64,000 nucleotides of DNA from Tubiluchus corallicola (lineage: Eukaryota > Animalia > Priapulida): NCBI GenBank assembly GCA_030141605.1, contig JAQGDQ010000064.1, positions 62,001 through 126,000 of the forward strand, given 5' to 3'. The translations under genes were made by a program, and so were the position numbers. The notes beneath the pieces were generated by a model. It saw only the letters and a list, made by a program, of their open reading frames with translations, searched no databases and was not told where the DNA came from. Position 1 is the stretch's first letter, and each line of letters begins with the position of its first letter. Below are positions 34,751-48,055 of this stretch, one piece after another.

Positions 34751-37369
34751 AAGTATTTTCTAATATATATATCATATATATATGATTTGAATTATCTATT
34801 TAATTTCGTTCCTCATTTTTAAAATATTGTAGCTGGAAATAGCATAATAGGCATATGGGAGGAAGTTTCACAAAGAGTGGAGGCGCATAAGGAAGTTGCC
34901 CTAGATTGAGGGGCAGTCATCTCCTGGCACCCCATAGCAATTACAAGAGTAATAGTATATAAATGCAAGAAGAAAATCACGAGTCTAACAAGACACATAT
35001 ATTTGCACTTTCACTGAAAAAACATGTAAGTACTTTCGCAATACTTTTTTCTAACGTTTTTCTAACATTTCAGATATTCAAAAGAATGGTGACGGTTTAT
35101 GTTTTCCTTTTGCAAAGATGTATATAACTTTGCCAGCACATTGAGGGCATGTGCTCAAGCAATTTTTGAATATTACATTTTAAAGTTTTAAAAGATAATT
35201 TTCTGCCCTGAAGATAATTAGCTTTTATACTGAAAATGTACAATTGTTTTGCCTTGGGAGGGCAACCCCCCCACCCCCACCCCCGATCCTCGCCTCGTAC
35301 ACCTATGAAAATAACAATAACTTAGCGGTCGAAGAAGATGCATTAATTACGAATATTTTTATTGATCTAATAAGTTGTTTTTTGTCTTTGTGGAAGGCGG
35401 GGTCGTTGTCATCGCCATCTCTGCTGAGTACGTTTGAAAACACCCTTAGAATTCTCAAAAATTCCAGTAACGTTAGCTAGTCAGCTCGCCAAGCTGCCCA
35501 AAGCATCGTAAAAAGGAGAAGCATTTTTCCTGTGGAAGACGATGATTTAAGATAAGGCTTGTGTACGAGCGCCAAGGGTACTGGTAGCGAAAAAATGCGA
35601 CAACTTCAAAAAGAATGATATTGAGTTTCTCGAAAAGTAAGTATTCGTCGTGGTAGATACTAGCCAGCAACATGCTTCGTCATTGTTGTTATAATAGTTC
35701 AAGTTCAGTTTTCAAGTAAAGTTACTGAACCCACTTTTACATGAACTTTGTCTGGCATTGTTGCTAATTCTGAATCTATTTAGAAGTAACTCAAGTGAAT
35801 TAATTAATATCATCTACAAACTGCTACTTCTGCCAAAACATCAAAGCAAAAATCCGCAATGCTAAAAAACAAACACCGAGTTGTTAGATACTTTATAGAT
35901 TAACAGTGAAACTCAAAACCACAAAAGCACTCTTTGGAATTTAAGCAAAATAAAACAGTTTTAACCACGTACGCAAACAACTCAAGTCATCCTACCAGTA
36001 ACAGCAAACACAAGAAATTTCACAAGAGATTATTGTCGTCTATAGTAACCATTTACTGGTGTAAATAATTTCTAATACATGTTATCAGTATAAGAAGCTT
36101 TTTACACTAATTAAATCAGTTGATGTTTGAAAAAAATTCCTTCATTGCAGTTTATGCTGTTGGTGATGATACTGCTGCTAGTTAGATAGTCAGCTCGCCA
36201 CTGCTACTCGCCACAGTTACTCTTTCTAATGATGTGGCTACTTCTGTTTTTGTTTTTGTTACTGTTGTTTTTGTTGTTGCTTTCGTTGTTGTCATTGTCC
36301 TTTTCCTTCCCTTTCTTCTTCTGCTTCCGTCGTTTTTCTTCTTCCCTATTCTTTCTCATCAACATCTTTTTATTCATTTAGTGTTGTTTTCTTCTTTTCT
36401 CTTATTGTATTTGAAAGAAAGATGACCAATTTGATATTACTGGTCATTGAGGCAGCAGATGGCGCGTCTTCGGACACCAAGGAATGTCAAACTAAGCGTT
36501 GCTGGAATCTGGTCCACGCTTGTGACGTTCCTTTTAAATTTCATAGTAACATAATAATTGTTTCCACTCGGTATTATTAAGCACTATTATTAAGTATTAT
36601 TACGTACAAAGTTCACACTCACTCGCAGTGATAGAGCTCATTTATTCTATAGCCAAACATGGAAAATGGAATTAAACTTTACCGTTTCCAGATTCAACAC
36701 TTTTGTACTGTTTGATTTCTTTGTCAAATGGTTGATTGCTGCTACTGTGCGTTAGCGCTGACTTTCGGTTTAAACATTAAATACCTCTTGGTCTTATTTC
36801 TCCTACTAGATAGTGGGCCCCTAGCATGATTGAGGCAACCGTTACAATAATGAAAGCTTACGAGCTTCACTTTCAGAATGAGCTAAGTCCACGTCTATGT
36901 GCTCATACCATAACTAATAAAATTAACTAAGTGTATAAAGCCAGCAATGTATTTACCCCGGAGTGTCATAAACCTTATTAGACGCTGTTGCTTCAATGTT
37001 ATTAAAGATATTGCCTCTAAATGCATTTAATGTTCTCTGGCTCTTATAAACTGACTTTGGGGAAATTTTCTGTTAATGGTATCACTTTCCTGAATGCTTC
37101 CTAAATGCTTAATAATAAATAAATATGTAATCGTAAGTAGTGCATAAGTAGAGCATAAATAGCTAAATCTTGCCCAGGCTATTTGGTGCATCGTATACAG
37201 GGAAAATACTGCATAAATCTTCTAAAAAGGTCAAGTAAATCGCTGCAGGTGAGCAATACATGGACATCCACTAAGGTTATTATGTTTAACGCTTAGTAAA
37301 CGACATACCCTGTTAATCACTTTTTGCACACTTCGACACCCTGTACTCAGAGAACATTCAAAGGTAGAG

Positions 37370-37562
37370 CCTACTCAAGGAGATGTTTGTGGCGGGACCA
37401 GAGCCTGGCTTATTACTAATGATATCGCTCTAAGATGAGCTACTGAGCCGGCAGAGACGTCTTGGCCACGTTTTTGGTGTGTATTTATGAATGATACCTC
37501 CCTGAGTGAGCCTTGAACCCACTCATTACACGAAATGCGGGCTCCTTATCTATTTAGCCACA
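37370..37562 (-). mobile_element. tRNA-derived SINE-like element
   Basis: Minus strand reads TGGCTAAATAG (A-box) ... GGGTTCAAGGCTC (B-box). Confidence 0.5.
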
Positions 37563-37673
37563 AACCACATCGTTACAATGCTGTTAGTTATATAAAAAGA
37601 ACTATTACCACATCACATACTATAATATCATATGACGTATGTCAGTGCGAAAGAATGTTTTGTGACACATACA

Positions 37674-38057
37674 CAGGGCCGGATAATCCTATAGGCTAGT
37701 ATAGGCTGCAGCCTAGGGCCCCTCAAGCTTGGAGGGTCTTCAAGCTTTGGTAACGTTTGGTGAAAAATCTGTTTTTTTTCGCTACGATTGCGTTGAAATA
37801 TGTGCAAATTTTGTTTGAAATATATAGTAAAGTACTAGCATTCCCCAAAGAATATTTTTATTGTCAAATAAAACATAATTAATCTATTTATTTAAAAAAT
37901 TGCAATAAGTTTACTTCAAGCTATACAAATGCTGCTAAAATATATCACAAGCAAAAATATTCAAGATGGGTGCGAACGAGTTAGAGGGTGGCTCCGTCTG
38001 AGGGGATCCTATAATTTCATTAGCCTAGGGACCCAAAAAGGTCATAATCCGGCCCTG
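37674..38057. mobile_element. hAT-type MITE with intact ends
   Basis: TIRs CAGGGCCGGAT / ATCCGGCCCTG; perfect 8-bp TSD CACATACA. Confidence 0.9.
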
Positions 38058-38574
38058 CACATACATATACATGGTATATTATCGTAAGTTCTTTTACGAA
38101 GTGGTCACAATTATTACGGAAAACGCATTGCATGTATTAGCGGTGCTTTTTGCGTCAACAGTATATAGGCCGTTATAACTCACAAAGCTTTTAGTTTCAG
38201 CTCACAGCTTCACATTTTACAAAGGCACTTCGTTTTTGCTCAGAGGAATATGTCTTGCGCTGGTAAAGACTAACTAAGACGACGCAAATAATTTAACACT
38301 CAAACATCTCCAGGGAGAATTTGATGACTTGTTTATGGCGTTTTGAAATGTAAAGCAACATATTAATTTTGGTGAATTTACCACAGAATTATAATAAAAT
38401 CCTGCTGCTTTTCAGTAGTTAAAAACCGTTATTTTAAGTCTTTTGCAAATATTTTCCTATGAAATGGAAGCTCACATGGGAAGGTCCTACAAGCACCTGT
38501 TTTTACAGGCATACGTAGCGTTATGAAAGACTAATTTTATCTCATAATTACTTTTTTGAAGTTGTCGACATAAT

Positions 38575-38720
38575 TTTTAAAATAGTGTAGTTCTTTTGGT
38601 TCGAAATTATTGAAAATACACATGCTGCTGACCCATCTGGGCTTAAAAATTGTTGTGCAATTTTCACAGATTTTTCTAGTTTTTCAATTTACTCGACCGA
38701 AACTGGTGATGCATTTTTAA
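38575..38720 (+). repeat. ~150-bp dispersed repeat, copy 1 (copy 2 at 41125-41292)
   Basis: Shared tgtagtt..ttggtt..aattattgaaaatacac.tgctgct..catctgggc.taaaaattgttgtg..ggtgatg.atttttaa. Confidence 0.8.
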
Positions 38721-39552
38721 CAGTTTTGTATTGCTTACAAACATGGACAATTAAATTATTGTTTAAGGCATATAAAGCTCACTGCAACTACGGCAACAAT
38801 GGCAACAGTAAGATGTTGAAATCCATACTGAAAGTATTTCAGTAAGCACATCAAACGGGAACCCTCAGTTGCATATCACGATACAAGCTCAAATTTTCTT
38901 CACGAATAATCGTTAGGAAACTGCCCGTTTTTCAGAATGAAGATGAATGTGAGAGAAAAATTATGCCCGATTTATATTCGCTGCTCTTTCACGAAATCAA
39001 TTTTACTGAACAAAAAATTTCTTCCATTTTAGATCGGTGCTGACGAGTTGGTATGGTTGACAACGATGATGATGATACTGCGTCACTGTGGGAGAAGATG
39101 AAGATGCATCTGTGTTTCTTTCGATCGCGTCGCAAATTACACCAGTATAGCAACGGTGTTCTTGTTTTACAACGCACACTGTATTTGAATTATTGAGTTT
39201 GATGGGTGGTAAAAGTTGTCATTAAGTCCTTGATGCTGTGTAAGATAACAAAACGTTTAAAGTTTTCTGCTCTTGAGAACAAATATCTGTCGGAGTAGTA
39301 CATAAGGGCTGTTTTTACGTTTAAATCATCAAATCAATCGTTCCAGTTTAAAATGACGGGTGCCGTGTAAATTTAATGTTCTCCCTAGTTTAAACAACCT
39401 AACTTATTTCAGTTGTAACAATCGAATGTGACTAATGTGAAATTGTGTCAGAAATAAGTAGGCAACAGAGAAGCGCTAAGAGAATCGCATAAAAGTGACG
39501 ACAAGTGAGGAATCTACTCGATCTATATGATTTCCTCTGCAGCGTCGGAAAT

Positions 39553-39956
39553 ATGCGTTTCCCTGCCCAACCACCAAGCCAAGGACCGAGACATTCTGGC
39601 CTAGGTCTTCAGGTGACGTATCCTCCAGGTATGGGTATGGGACGGAGACATAGTCATGCATGTGGAGATCTTCCAGCACCGTCTCCAAACATACTGCGAA
39701 GGGCAGGGCGTGGTGGAGCAGTAGCTGGTGCGACACTTGGATATCCATCTCTACCGCGACCAAGGAGGAGAAGTTCCGGTGGTACCGGACACTCAGATGC
39801 AAGGAAAGGTTCCTCATTTGGACTTGATGTTGGGCACTCGGACGCACGAAGAGGTTCCTCAGTTGCACTTGATGTGCCAAGTGTGTCCAAGGAGGCACCG
39901 GGTTTTAGAAGAGGCAGTAGTAGTGCCATTTTGGACATGGCAATTGACGAGGAAGG
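39553..39956 (+). CDS. Isolated coding exon of an unidentified gene; disordered, rich in G/S/R/P, with several RRxS PKA sites
   Basis: GC-rich open frame; acceptor tttcctctgcag ends at 39542; ATG at 39553; strong donor GG/gtaagt at 39957 (phase 2); internal 45-nt repeat that differs largely at synonymous sites. Confidence 0.75.
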
Positions 39957-40766
39957 GTAAGTTTTATTTATAAGTTCAATTTAGTGTTAAAACAGGAAGT
40001 AATAAAGAAAACAAAAGAAAGAGAGGAACAAAGTTTTAGATGCAAATCGTAGATTCTTGCACGATTGTAACTAAAACTTTGTCTGTTTTACTTAAGAAAA
40101 CGGCAAATTCTGACACAACAAACGAACGATTTCTTGTGACTTATTTAGGATTTTCTCTTTTCTTCATTTTTAGCGTTTCTGTTTATTTTTTAAGCTATTA
40201 ATTATCGCTGCATTTACTTCGGCTATTTTGTCAATCAAAATATTTTTAATATATACTGTATGACTGTTAATGTTTTGGTTAAATAGTTCAGCTGCGCAGT
40301 AATTTAGGGCGAGGTGGGGTGGATAAAGATTTGATGAAGTTAATCTTAGAAATAGGTTAAAGTTGTGAAGGGGATTTGTGCAACTTCTTTTCAATATTTT
40401 TATTGATGAACCATGTAATAGTAACAAAACAAAATGACCTTTGGAGAAAAAATGATAACTTACACAACGCAAATTTAATTTTTGGTGACAAGAAGAGTGA
40501 CAAATAATGAAAATCATCACAAAATTTAAAGCAAGGAAAACATGTTTCACGCCACTATGGTGGTTTATCTTCAGGTGAAAAAACAAAAAAAATCACAGAA
40601 TTAGGCTGGTATTACTTTTTAGGGAGTTTCCACACATAAAAATACAACATTTAAAAACACAATTACATAGAATTACACAGACGCGCAGCAAATGCAAAAT
40701 CATATGGGGCAAACGCAGAAGTATGAAATATAAATCGCTAGCTAATATCACATTATTTTAGGGTTA

Positions 40767-41002
40767 AGGCGTGTTCAGACTAGAGAGTTTTCTCTTGCAG
40801 GTTCTCTCTGAGCGAGTTCTGTCGCGAGTTTTGCTGAGTGACTGGCGCGTGACAGCTCGCGCCTACTGTCGGAAAGAACCCTCAGCAACTTTCGGAGAGT
40901 TTGCAATAACTTGACGAGAGAACTGGCAAAAGTTTTCACACTCGCGATTCTACTCTCCCAGCGAAAAATCTGGAAAGAAAACGCCCTCGTCTGGACATGC
41001 CG
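40767..41002. mobile_element. PIF/Harbinger-type MITE
   Basis: TIRs GGCGTGTTCAGAC / GTCTGGACATGCC; 3-bp TTA TSD on both sides. Confidence 0.75.
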
Positions 41003-41124
41003 TTAGGCACAACAGAAACTGTTGTTTCTGTTGAGTGTAATTCTGACACAGTGTGATTGTAACCAATGTCTAATCTGTGTTTTTCCCATAAGATTATGTA
41101 TTCTTTAACGTGATTGATTCCTTT

Positions 41125-41292
41125 TTTTAATGGTGTAGTTTTTTTGGTTCTGAATTATTGAAAATACACGTGCTGCTAACAGGGTTCACTCCTGGACTCT
41201 AGACGGATTTTCATCTGGGCCTAAAAATTGTTGTGTAACTTTCACATTCTAGAATTACATTTACTCAGCCGACATTGGTGATGTATTTTTAA
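41125..41292 (+). repeat. ~150-bp dispersed repeat, copy 2, with a ~30-bp insertion
   Basis: Same shared blocks as copy 1. Confidence 0.8.
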
Positions 41293-43129
41293 ATTTTCTT
41301 GTAAGGTCATATTCTTTATGTGTTAATGATATAAAATACTCTCTAAAATTTGTAATAGTAATTATACGCGATTTTTCTTTTTACTTTCTTTCATCCGAAG
41401 ATAAACCACTGTGGTTGATTGTTTTTTCGTTGCTTGTTAATTATGTTTTTCATTAATGGTCATTGACATGATGTATGCTGACGTTTTAACTTTGCTTTCT
41501 GCTTTCGGCTCAGTTTTGCAGCAGGTATTACACTATTGCACCAGCTTATCTGAGAAGGAAAGGAGAAAAAACTTAATTCTTAATTCGAAACAAAAAAATA
41601 TGAATTCTCGTTCCAGCGTTCCAAGAGGCATTGTTCCACATAGATTTTTTTCAAGGATTACATTAATCATCTTATAGCCGATGTCGTTTGGCAATAACTT
41701 GAATAACAACTCTGATATCCAACATCAAACTGCTAATTTAATTTTTATATTCGCGTTAATTTTCCAGTTAGGAAATTCTAATACTTTCGAAGATGATGTT
41801 GCAAATTACTGTGAGGGGTTCTTTTGTTGCTTTACGGACGAAGCTGTGGTTTTAACATGCAAAGTCTAGAATATTATTAGATTGATAATGTACCCTATTA
41901 TAAATACCACCATATCATCTTGGATAATTTAAAATATTGTAAAAATGACAACACAAGAGCTTTCATAAATCAACTGTCTTTAAAATGTGGAATTACGTAA
42001 TTCTTGGAAGACCTAGTTCGTAATAGTTTTTCGTTCGTAGTGGTTCCATTATTATATGCTCACTAATTCTCGACTAGTATTTCATATCACCACCAGGCAA
42101 GGGTGATGCTAATTGTTTACATCAGTACACATTCATTGAATACTGTTTTCTACTTTTCCACTTTTTATTCTACAGAATTTGAATTGTATCCTGGAAATGT
42201 TTGCATTTTTCGTGCAAGTGTACTGAAATAAGATAATGATAAATTTATAATATAATACGAATGATAGTATTAATAACAGATTTGTTTTCAATAAACTGCA
42301 GGTTAGGTATAATCTTAAGTTTGCCATGTAGGTAGGTCCCTAAGTTTGCTTATGTACTGCAGTGTACTGCAAGTAAATGTAAATGTAAGCTTCATGCTGC
42401 AATTTTGAGTTTCACGATAAGGCATTGTGAAGCCTGTGCAGTGTTTGCCACGAACTTGCGCTGCCTTTGCACTTCAAATTTAATTATTTTCATATTTGCA
42501 GCTGTTTAAAAATCTGTTGAAACACAAACTAGCGGTGGTATGCACGATGGAATTAAGTGCTTGAGGTTTTGCATAAGGCAATAGAATAGCTATTCTGCTT
42601 TTGCATCCACAACGTGTTTGGGTCTTACAGTATTTTGAACTCTGTGGTGTGCACGTGTTTCTGAGATTCTTCACCAAAACTTAAATGTTGTTTATTTAAT
42701 AAATCATGTCAATGAAATCTGAATTAGTTTCTGAATTAGTAATTAAACACAACCAAGATTAAATATCCTTTAGTTTCTTCGAATACATTAATGTACTTCA
42801 TTTAGTATTTCTTCATATTTATGCATCATTCAGTATTATTTAAGCCCTATAAATTTAAATACGCCCGCTAATATCAGCTCATAAAATTCAAATTTAAAAT
42901 TCATATTCAAACTTTTATTCCGGTAACTAAGACCATATAAAATTCAAATGCAGTGCTGCAATGAAATAAAATGCAACGGAAAAAATTACAAGGTTAAATA
43001 AAAAAAAACAGGGCGTGTAAATTAAGAGCTAAATAAATTTTAGAAATCAATTATGTAATAAATCATTCCATTTCACAAAAAAGCAAGAGCTGACGAGTCT
43101 ACGTGAGTTAACAATAGCAGTTATAATAC

Positions 43130-43130
<1 letters not shown>

Positions 43131-43188
<58 letters not shown>
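43131..43188. repeat. (GA)n microsatellite
   Basis: Seen directly. Confidence 0.95.
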
Positions 43189-43194
<6 letters not shown>

Positions 43195-46100
43195 ATGCAC
43201 ACATGTCAGAAGCACTGCAATCGTACGCTAAGCGAAATAGTTTTTTATTATACAGTTGTTGTTTGCAATGAGTTATGATACAAACAAATAAAATCAGAGT
43301 TGTGATTTTAAAAATTTCATTCCGGTAAAGTTTCTCGACATTTCCGGATAAAAGCAATTTAAGGATGACAGAAGAAAAAACTGCAGCTGCAGTAATTCTA
43401 TTACGTTTTTGTTGCGTTTGTGATTGATATTGGTGCTGCAGTTACTGCTGTTGTTCGGCGTTGGTTCTGTTGTTGTCGTCTGCAGGCGTTGTAACGTACT
43501 GTTGTTGCTGTTATTGACGGAGTGGCGCTACTTGTGTTTTTGTCGGTGTTGTGGTTGTTTTAGCATTGTTTATTTTTTGCTTTTGTAGGTATTGTGGTTA
43601 ATGCCTAATGTTATCATTGGTGCTACCTACGTCATCTTGTTGTTGTTGTTGTTGTGTTTTTATATGGGTGTTGTGAATTGTGATTGTTATTGCTGTTGTT
43701 GTGGTTTTAAGTACAGCTTCTATAGATGATTTTGTGCTCCATGCTGCTAACGTTAGTAGTTTGCTGTTACTTTAATCAGTGTTTTCCGTTTTGTTGATTT
43801 TTTCTACTGTCGTCGTCACCATTGCTTTCGTCATCGTCGGTGTTGATGTTGTAGCTGGTGTTGTTGTTGCAGCCCATGTGATTGCTGTAACATGGCATGT
43901 ACTGCTATGTAGTATCGAACACAGTTTTATAGAAAACACACCGTGCGAGGAACAAACAACCAATTTCTTCAACATGTTTTCCCAGAAGTTGCTGTAATGC
44001 AGTAGTATTACTCAAAACATGGGAGGACTGTGCTAAATTTGTCTGCGTGCAGTAATGATTACTTCTGCCCGAGTTTTGTTGCCAATCTAGTGAGTGTTAC
44101 GCGAACGTGGCTTTCATGTCTATCATTCTTATAAAAAATTTATAAACAGCCGATGTCTGTTCTTCTGGCTCAGCTGATTTTCCTTAAGCGTATATTTTAT
44201 GATTAGACAGTCTCTCCGTCGTGAAACCGCAGCCCAACTGCCACTCATTTCTTCATCCATCAGCAGTTTCTGAAAGACAGATGCTAAATGGAACAATTTT
44301 TGAGCATCTGTCAGATTGTTTCTGCAAATGCAGTAATTTCACGGGGTTTATATTTAGGGTGGATGCCTTGCGTAGTTTCTTGTCAACACGCACATTAGAC
44401 TGTGCTGATTTTTTATGTTGTAAATTCTTCCGCAGGCATAACAGTCTTTCAGTATGCACGTTTTACTGTCAGTGAGTACTGTTTTTACCAGGACAACTTA
44501 CTTTTTTTCATCGACATTTTGTAATTTGGATTAAGACTTGGTTATTTTTCTTAAAAGTGCATTATTTTCTTATTAATTGATATTCGTGATTTGAGATGTG
44601 CTTTGGCTTAATTTGACTCAGTACAATTTGTATATTTTGCTTAAACAGATTGCTCTGGATCAAAGCATAACTCGTTTGAGGCTTGTTGGTCATGAACTAA
44701 ATTGCTCCTCACTGTCCTCAACCGAGTGTTTCTCAACAAAATCAACCTTTTAGACCCACTCATTTTTATTTTACTTAATCCGTTTGTTTCTCAATGACAC
44801 GTCCTTCATACAGCTGTCTCTCAACCTCATTAACTAGTACTAACAAAATATTAGTGTGTAGCCTTAACCCTAATCCAACATTTCACCTACCTTTGAAGTA
44901 ATAGTGGAGCTGGAAGTAATAGGCAGAAACTTTTGAATTAAGAGATTACTTTTAAGAGTTATAGAAAGGTGAAAGACAAGCAGGGTTACATTTTAAACAC
45001 ACGTCCTCACAAGAACCCGAAAAAGCTTTTAATTTCAACATAAAGAATAGATTCAAAATAGATAATCGCGATAAATTTACTAAGAACACATGCACAAAGG
45101 AGCCTATTAATTTATATTAATTTTAAGGAATGTAATAATGAGTGATGACGGCAGCGGCGACGACGACGACGATGACGACGATAATGATGATAATGAGGAT
45201 GACAGTGATAACTGATGTTTTTCAAAAAAGAAAAGATAAAATGATTAAAAGCTGTGAATCAATATCATACACTCGAACGACTATCATATATCATACAAAA
45301 TATCATATACTTTTGTAAAGGAGTTTACAAAACAGTTATTTTCAGTTTTTCCTCCTCCCTTCACTCTTTTTTCCATCTCATGCTTACTTTCTTCTTCTTC
45401 TTTTTTTAATTTTTCTCCTGGTAGTGTATAAGCTTTTTGTTTGTTATTCAATCAATTTTCCTTTGCGGTGGTTTCGCAAGTTTAGCTTTTTAACCACCGT
45501 ATAGCAAATGAGGTAAACTGCCCTAATATAGCGCAATGGGCTTCATATTTTATCAAAAATGTTAAAGAAGTATAGACACTTTGCTCCTCTTCTCGAGTAA
45601 TAAAGGAAAAAAATAGTGTCTATTTTATTATTCTAGTACCACTTTATTATTTTTAGCAAAGCCGACAATAGTTTATAATTTTTGCCCATTTTACTGTATT
45701 TCTCGTTCATAAATTACTATGCAATTCTGTAACTGTAATGTTTACTATTTTGCAAGTTTAACTGCCTGTTTTGTATGTCTATTGCTAAAATTTAACTACA
45801 GTTTTTGAAATATAATAATAATTATTATATTAACGCTGTCGCTGCAAAAATATATAAAAAAGTTTACATTGTCAGCTAATGAAGCCTAATCTTGTAATCT
45901 TGTACCGCTATGACTCATATTCACTTGTCATTTGATGAAGCCAAACTGCACATGTTTATTACTCCAGTTTCCAAGAAATAATTATAGTGACAAGTCGAGA
46001 AACGCGCAAGTTTAGCCTGTGGTGTTAACAAAATAATCTCAGTCGAAATAAAAAAGAAAACATGCAACTTGAAGAGTACCGCATTCACAAAATCTTTATT

Positions 46101-46778
46101 GAGTAACTAATCGCCTATATAAATTTTACATGTTCTGCATGCACTTTTACAAAACTCTATAGGTGGTAGCGGTGTTTAGCTACCTCCCCAAACAGCTGTT
46201 TTTATGTTAAACATCTCAGCAAACGATATATTTGAGATGGAAACAAACTTGCAAGCGGCTGAAATAAAAACGGTGCATCGCTATTAGCTGGTTAGATATA
46301 ATATATTTTAGATATATAATTATAATCAACTATTCCTTTCAACAATTGTAAGTCTAAAATTTTTATACAACTGAGTATCTATGTAGTAACGGTAATCTAT
46401 GATGAAAAATTATCATCTTTATTCGTTTGTTGTGTAAGATTATTATAGATCAAGTTGTATACGACTATATGTAAATTGTACATGGTACTAAGTAAGTTTG
46501 ATGTGATTTAATTTGATTTGGCTATTTATAGAACTTCTAAATAGAATGTACAAACAATAAGAAAAATAATACAAAGTATAAATAATTACAATGAGGAATT
46601 GATGTTTCATTACAATCTAAAAAGCAAGGTTATCAAATTTAATAAGCAATTCGAAACTTTGGGGTTAAGTAAGTAGGCCTATACAAACAATGCCTAGTTT
46701 GAGCGGCAATAATCTGTTTATGGCTCTAAGGAATGACAAGACGGTCTCGGGAATAGTACTAGCGCTGACAATCCCTAT

Positions 46779-47309
46779 CAGGGCTGGATTAAGGCTTTCA
46801 CGGGCCTAAAGCTATCAACAAACGAAAAGCTTCAAGACCCAGCTGCAGATGTGGAGACTAAATAAATCGCACTGGTATATGCCCACATCTTAGTGTAACC
46901 CGGGTCTCCTATGTCTGAAGAGTTATAAATTTTTCTCTAAGACCTTTACTAAGTGTAATTAATCATTTTTCTACAATTGCTGGCGAAAAAATCTCCAAGA
47001 ATAGTCACAATGCTATTTCGAGGAACATCATGTAGAAAAAACGTCCCAACACATCCTAGGGAAGAAAGTTTTTAGCGCTTTGAAAACATCAAAACAATGT
47101 TGGTCTCTTTTACAAATGCCTCTATCAGCATGAAGAATTACAAGCTAATTTAGACGCCCGGGTAATGTTCAATGTGTTGAACTGCAGAACTTGTCTTTAG
47201 CAAGTTCAGTTTTAATAAATTTGTTAGCCTCTTTACTAAATAACATTATCTGACTTTATTTAAGGACTGAAGCTATAGTCTTATTAGCACAATGGTTAAT
47301 CCGCCCTTG
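46779..47309. mobile_element. hAT-type MITE
   Basis: cagggctggattaa ... ttaatccgcccttg; degenerate TSD atccctat/atcctgat. Confidence 0.7.
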
Positions 47310-48055
47310 ATCCTGATCGGTTATAAATGCACCATTGTCCGAAAAACCGGGGTATTATTCCCCGCATTCTTTGTTTTTGTTAATTCCACGAAAATTCCAA
47401 ATAAAAATAATATTATTAACAGACCAAAGTTACGCTTTCCCTTGAGCTTGAACTTCGCATTCAGCATTGTATGAAAATCATATAGACACCTAGTCACGTA
47501 ACATCGTTTTGACGAATTGCGGATTTTTTAAAAAGTGTGAGTGCTGTTGCCGAATTTATTACAAAGCTAGTGTACAATAATAACGATTATACCTTAATTA
47601 AATTGCAGTTATGATGTCAAGTTATTGTGAGGTCACTTATATTCAATTTTATACTGAGATCAGTTTAGAAATACGTTTTTATCTTTTCTTTCTGTGATGA
47701 AGTAGATGTGTGGTATGTTAATAATTTGTCTGTCTGTCTTGACGAAAATACGAAGATGTTTATATTACAGTACGAATTCCACTTACAAAGTTCACAAGAT
47801 ACACAGTTCATTTACTCCACTGTTTATTTTCATAAGGTTCAATTGAAAATTTAAGCAACCAAAAAACGTTTAAGTTCTACGTCTGTTTTAAATCTGACAG
47901 ATGCGCAGCGGTGCAAGCAAAGTGTTTCGCGAGATATTGTGTGGGCGTATGCTCTATATTGTTGATGAGTTTATTTTCAAAAAAATCGTTTAATTAGCTT
48001 CTGATATCAGAAAAGAGTCATATGGTTGGTGAAAGTACAGCTGCAGATGTGGAGA

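Noticed and set aside
39476-39973. Alternative-frame and antisense ORFs over the GC-rich exon
   Set aside because: The synonymous pattern in the internal repeat supports only the plus-strand frame of ORF 39505.
44211-44471. Possible next plus-strand exon (phase 2-2, acag acceptor, gtgagt donor) for the 39.5-kb exon
   Set aside because: Phase-compatible, but the acceptor is weak and the peptide has no recognisable features; cannot be supported without RNA data.
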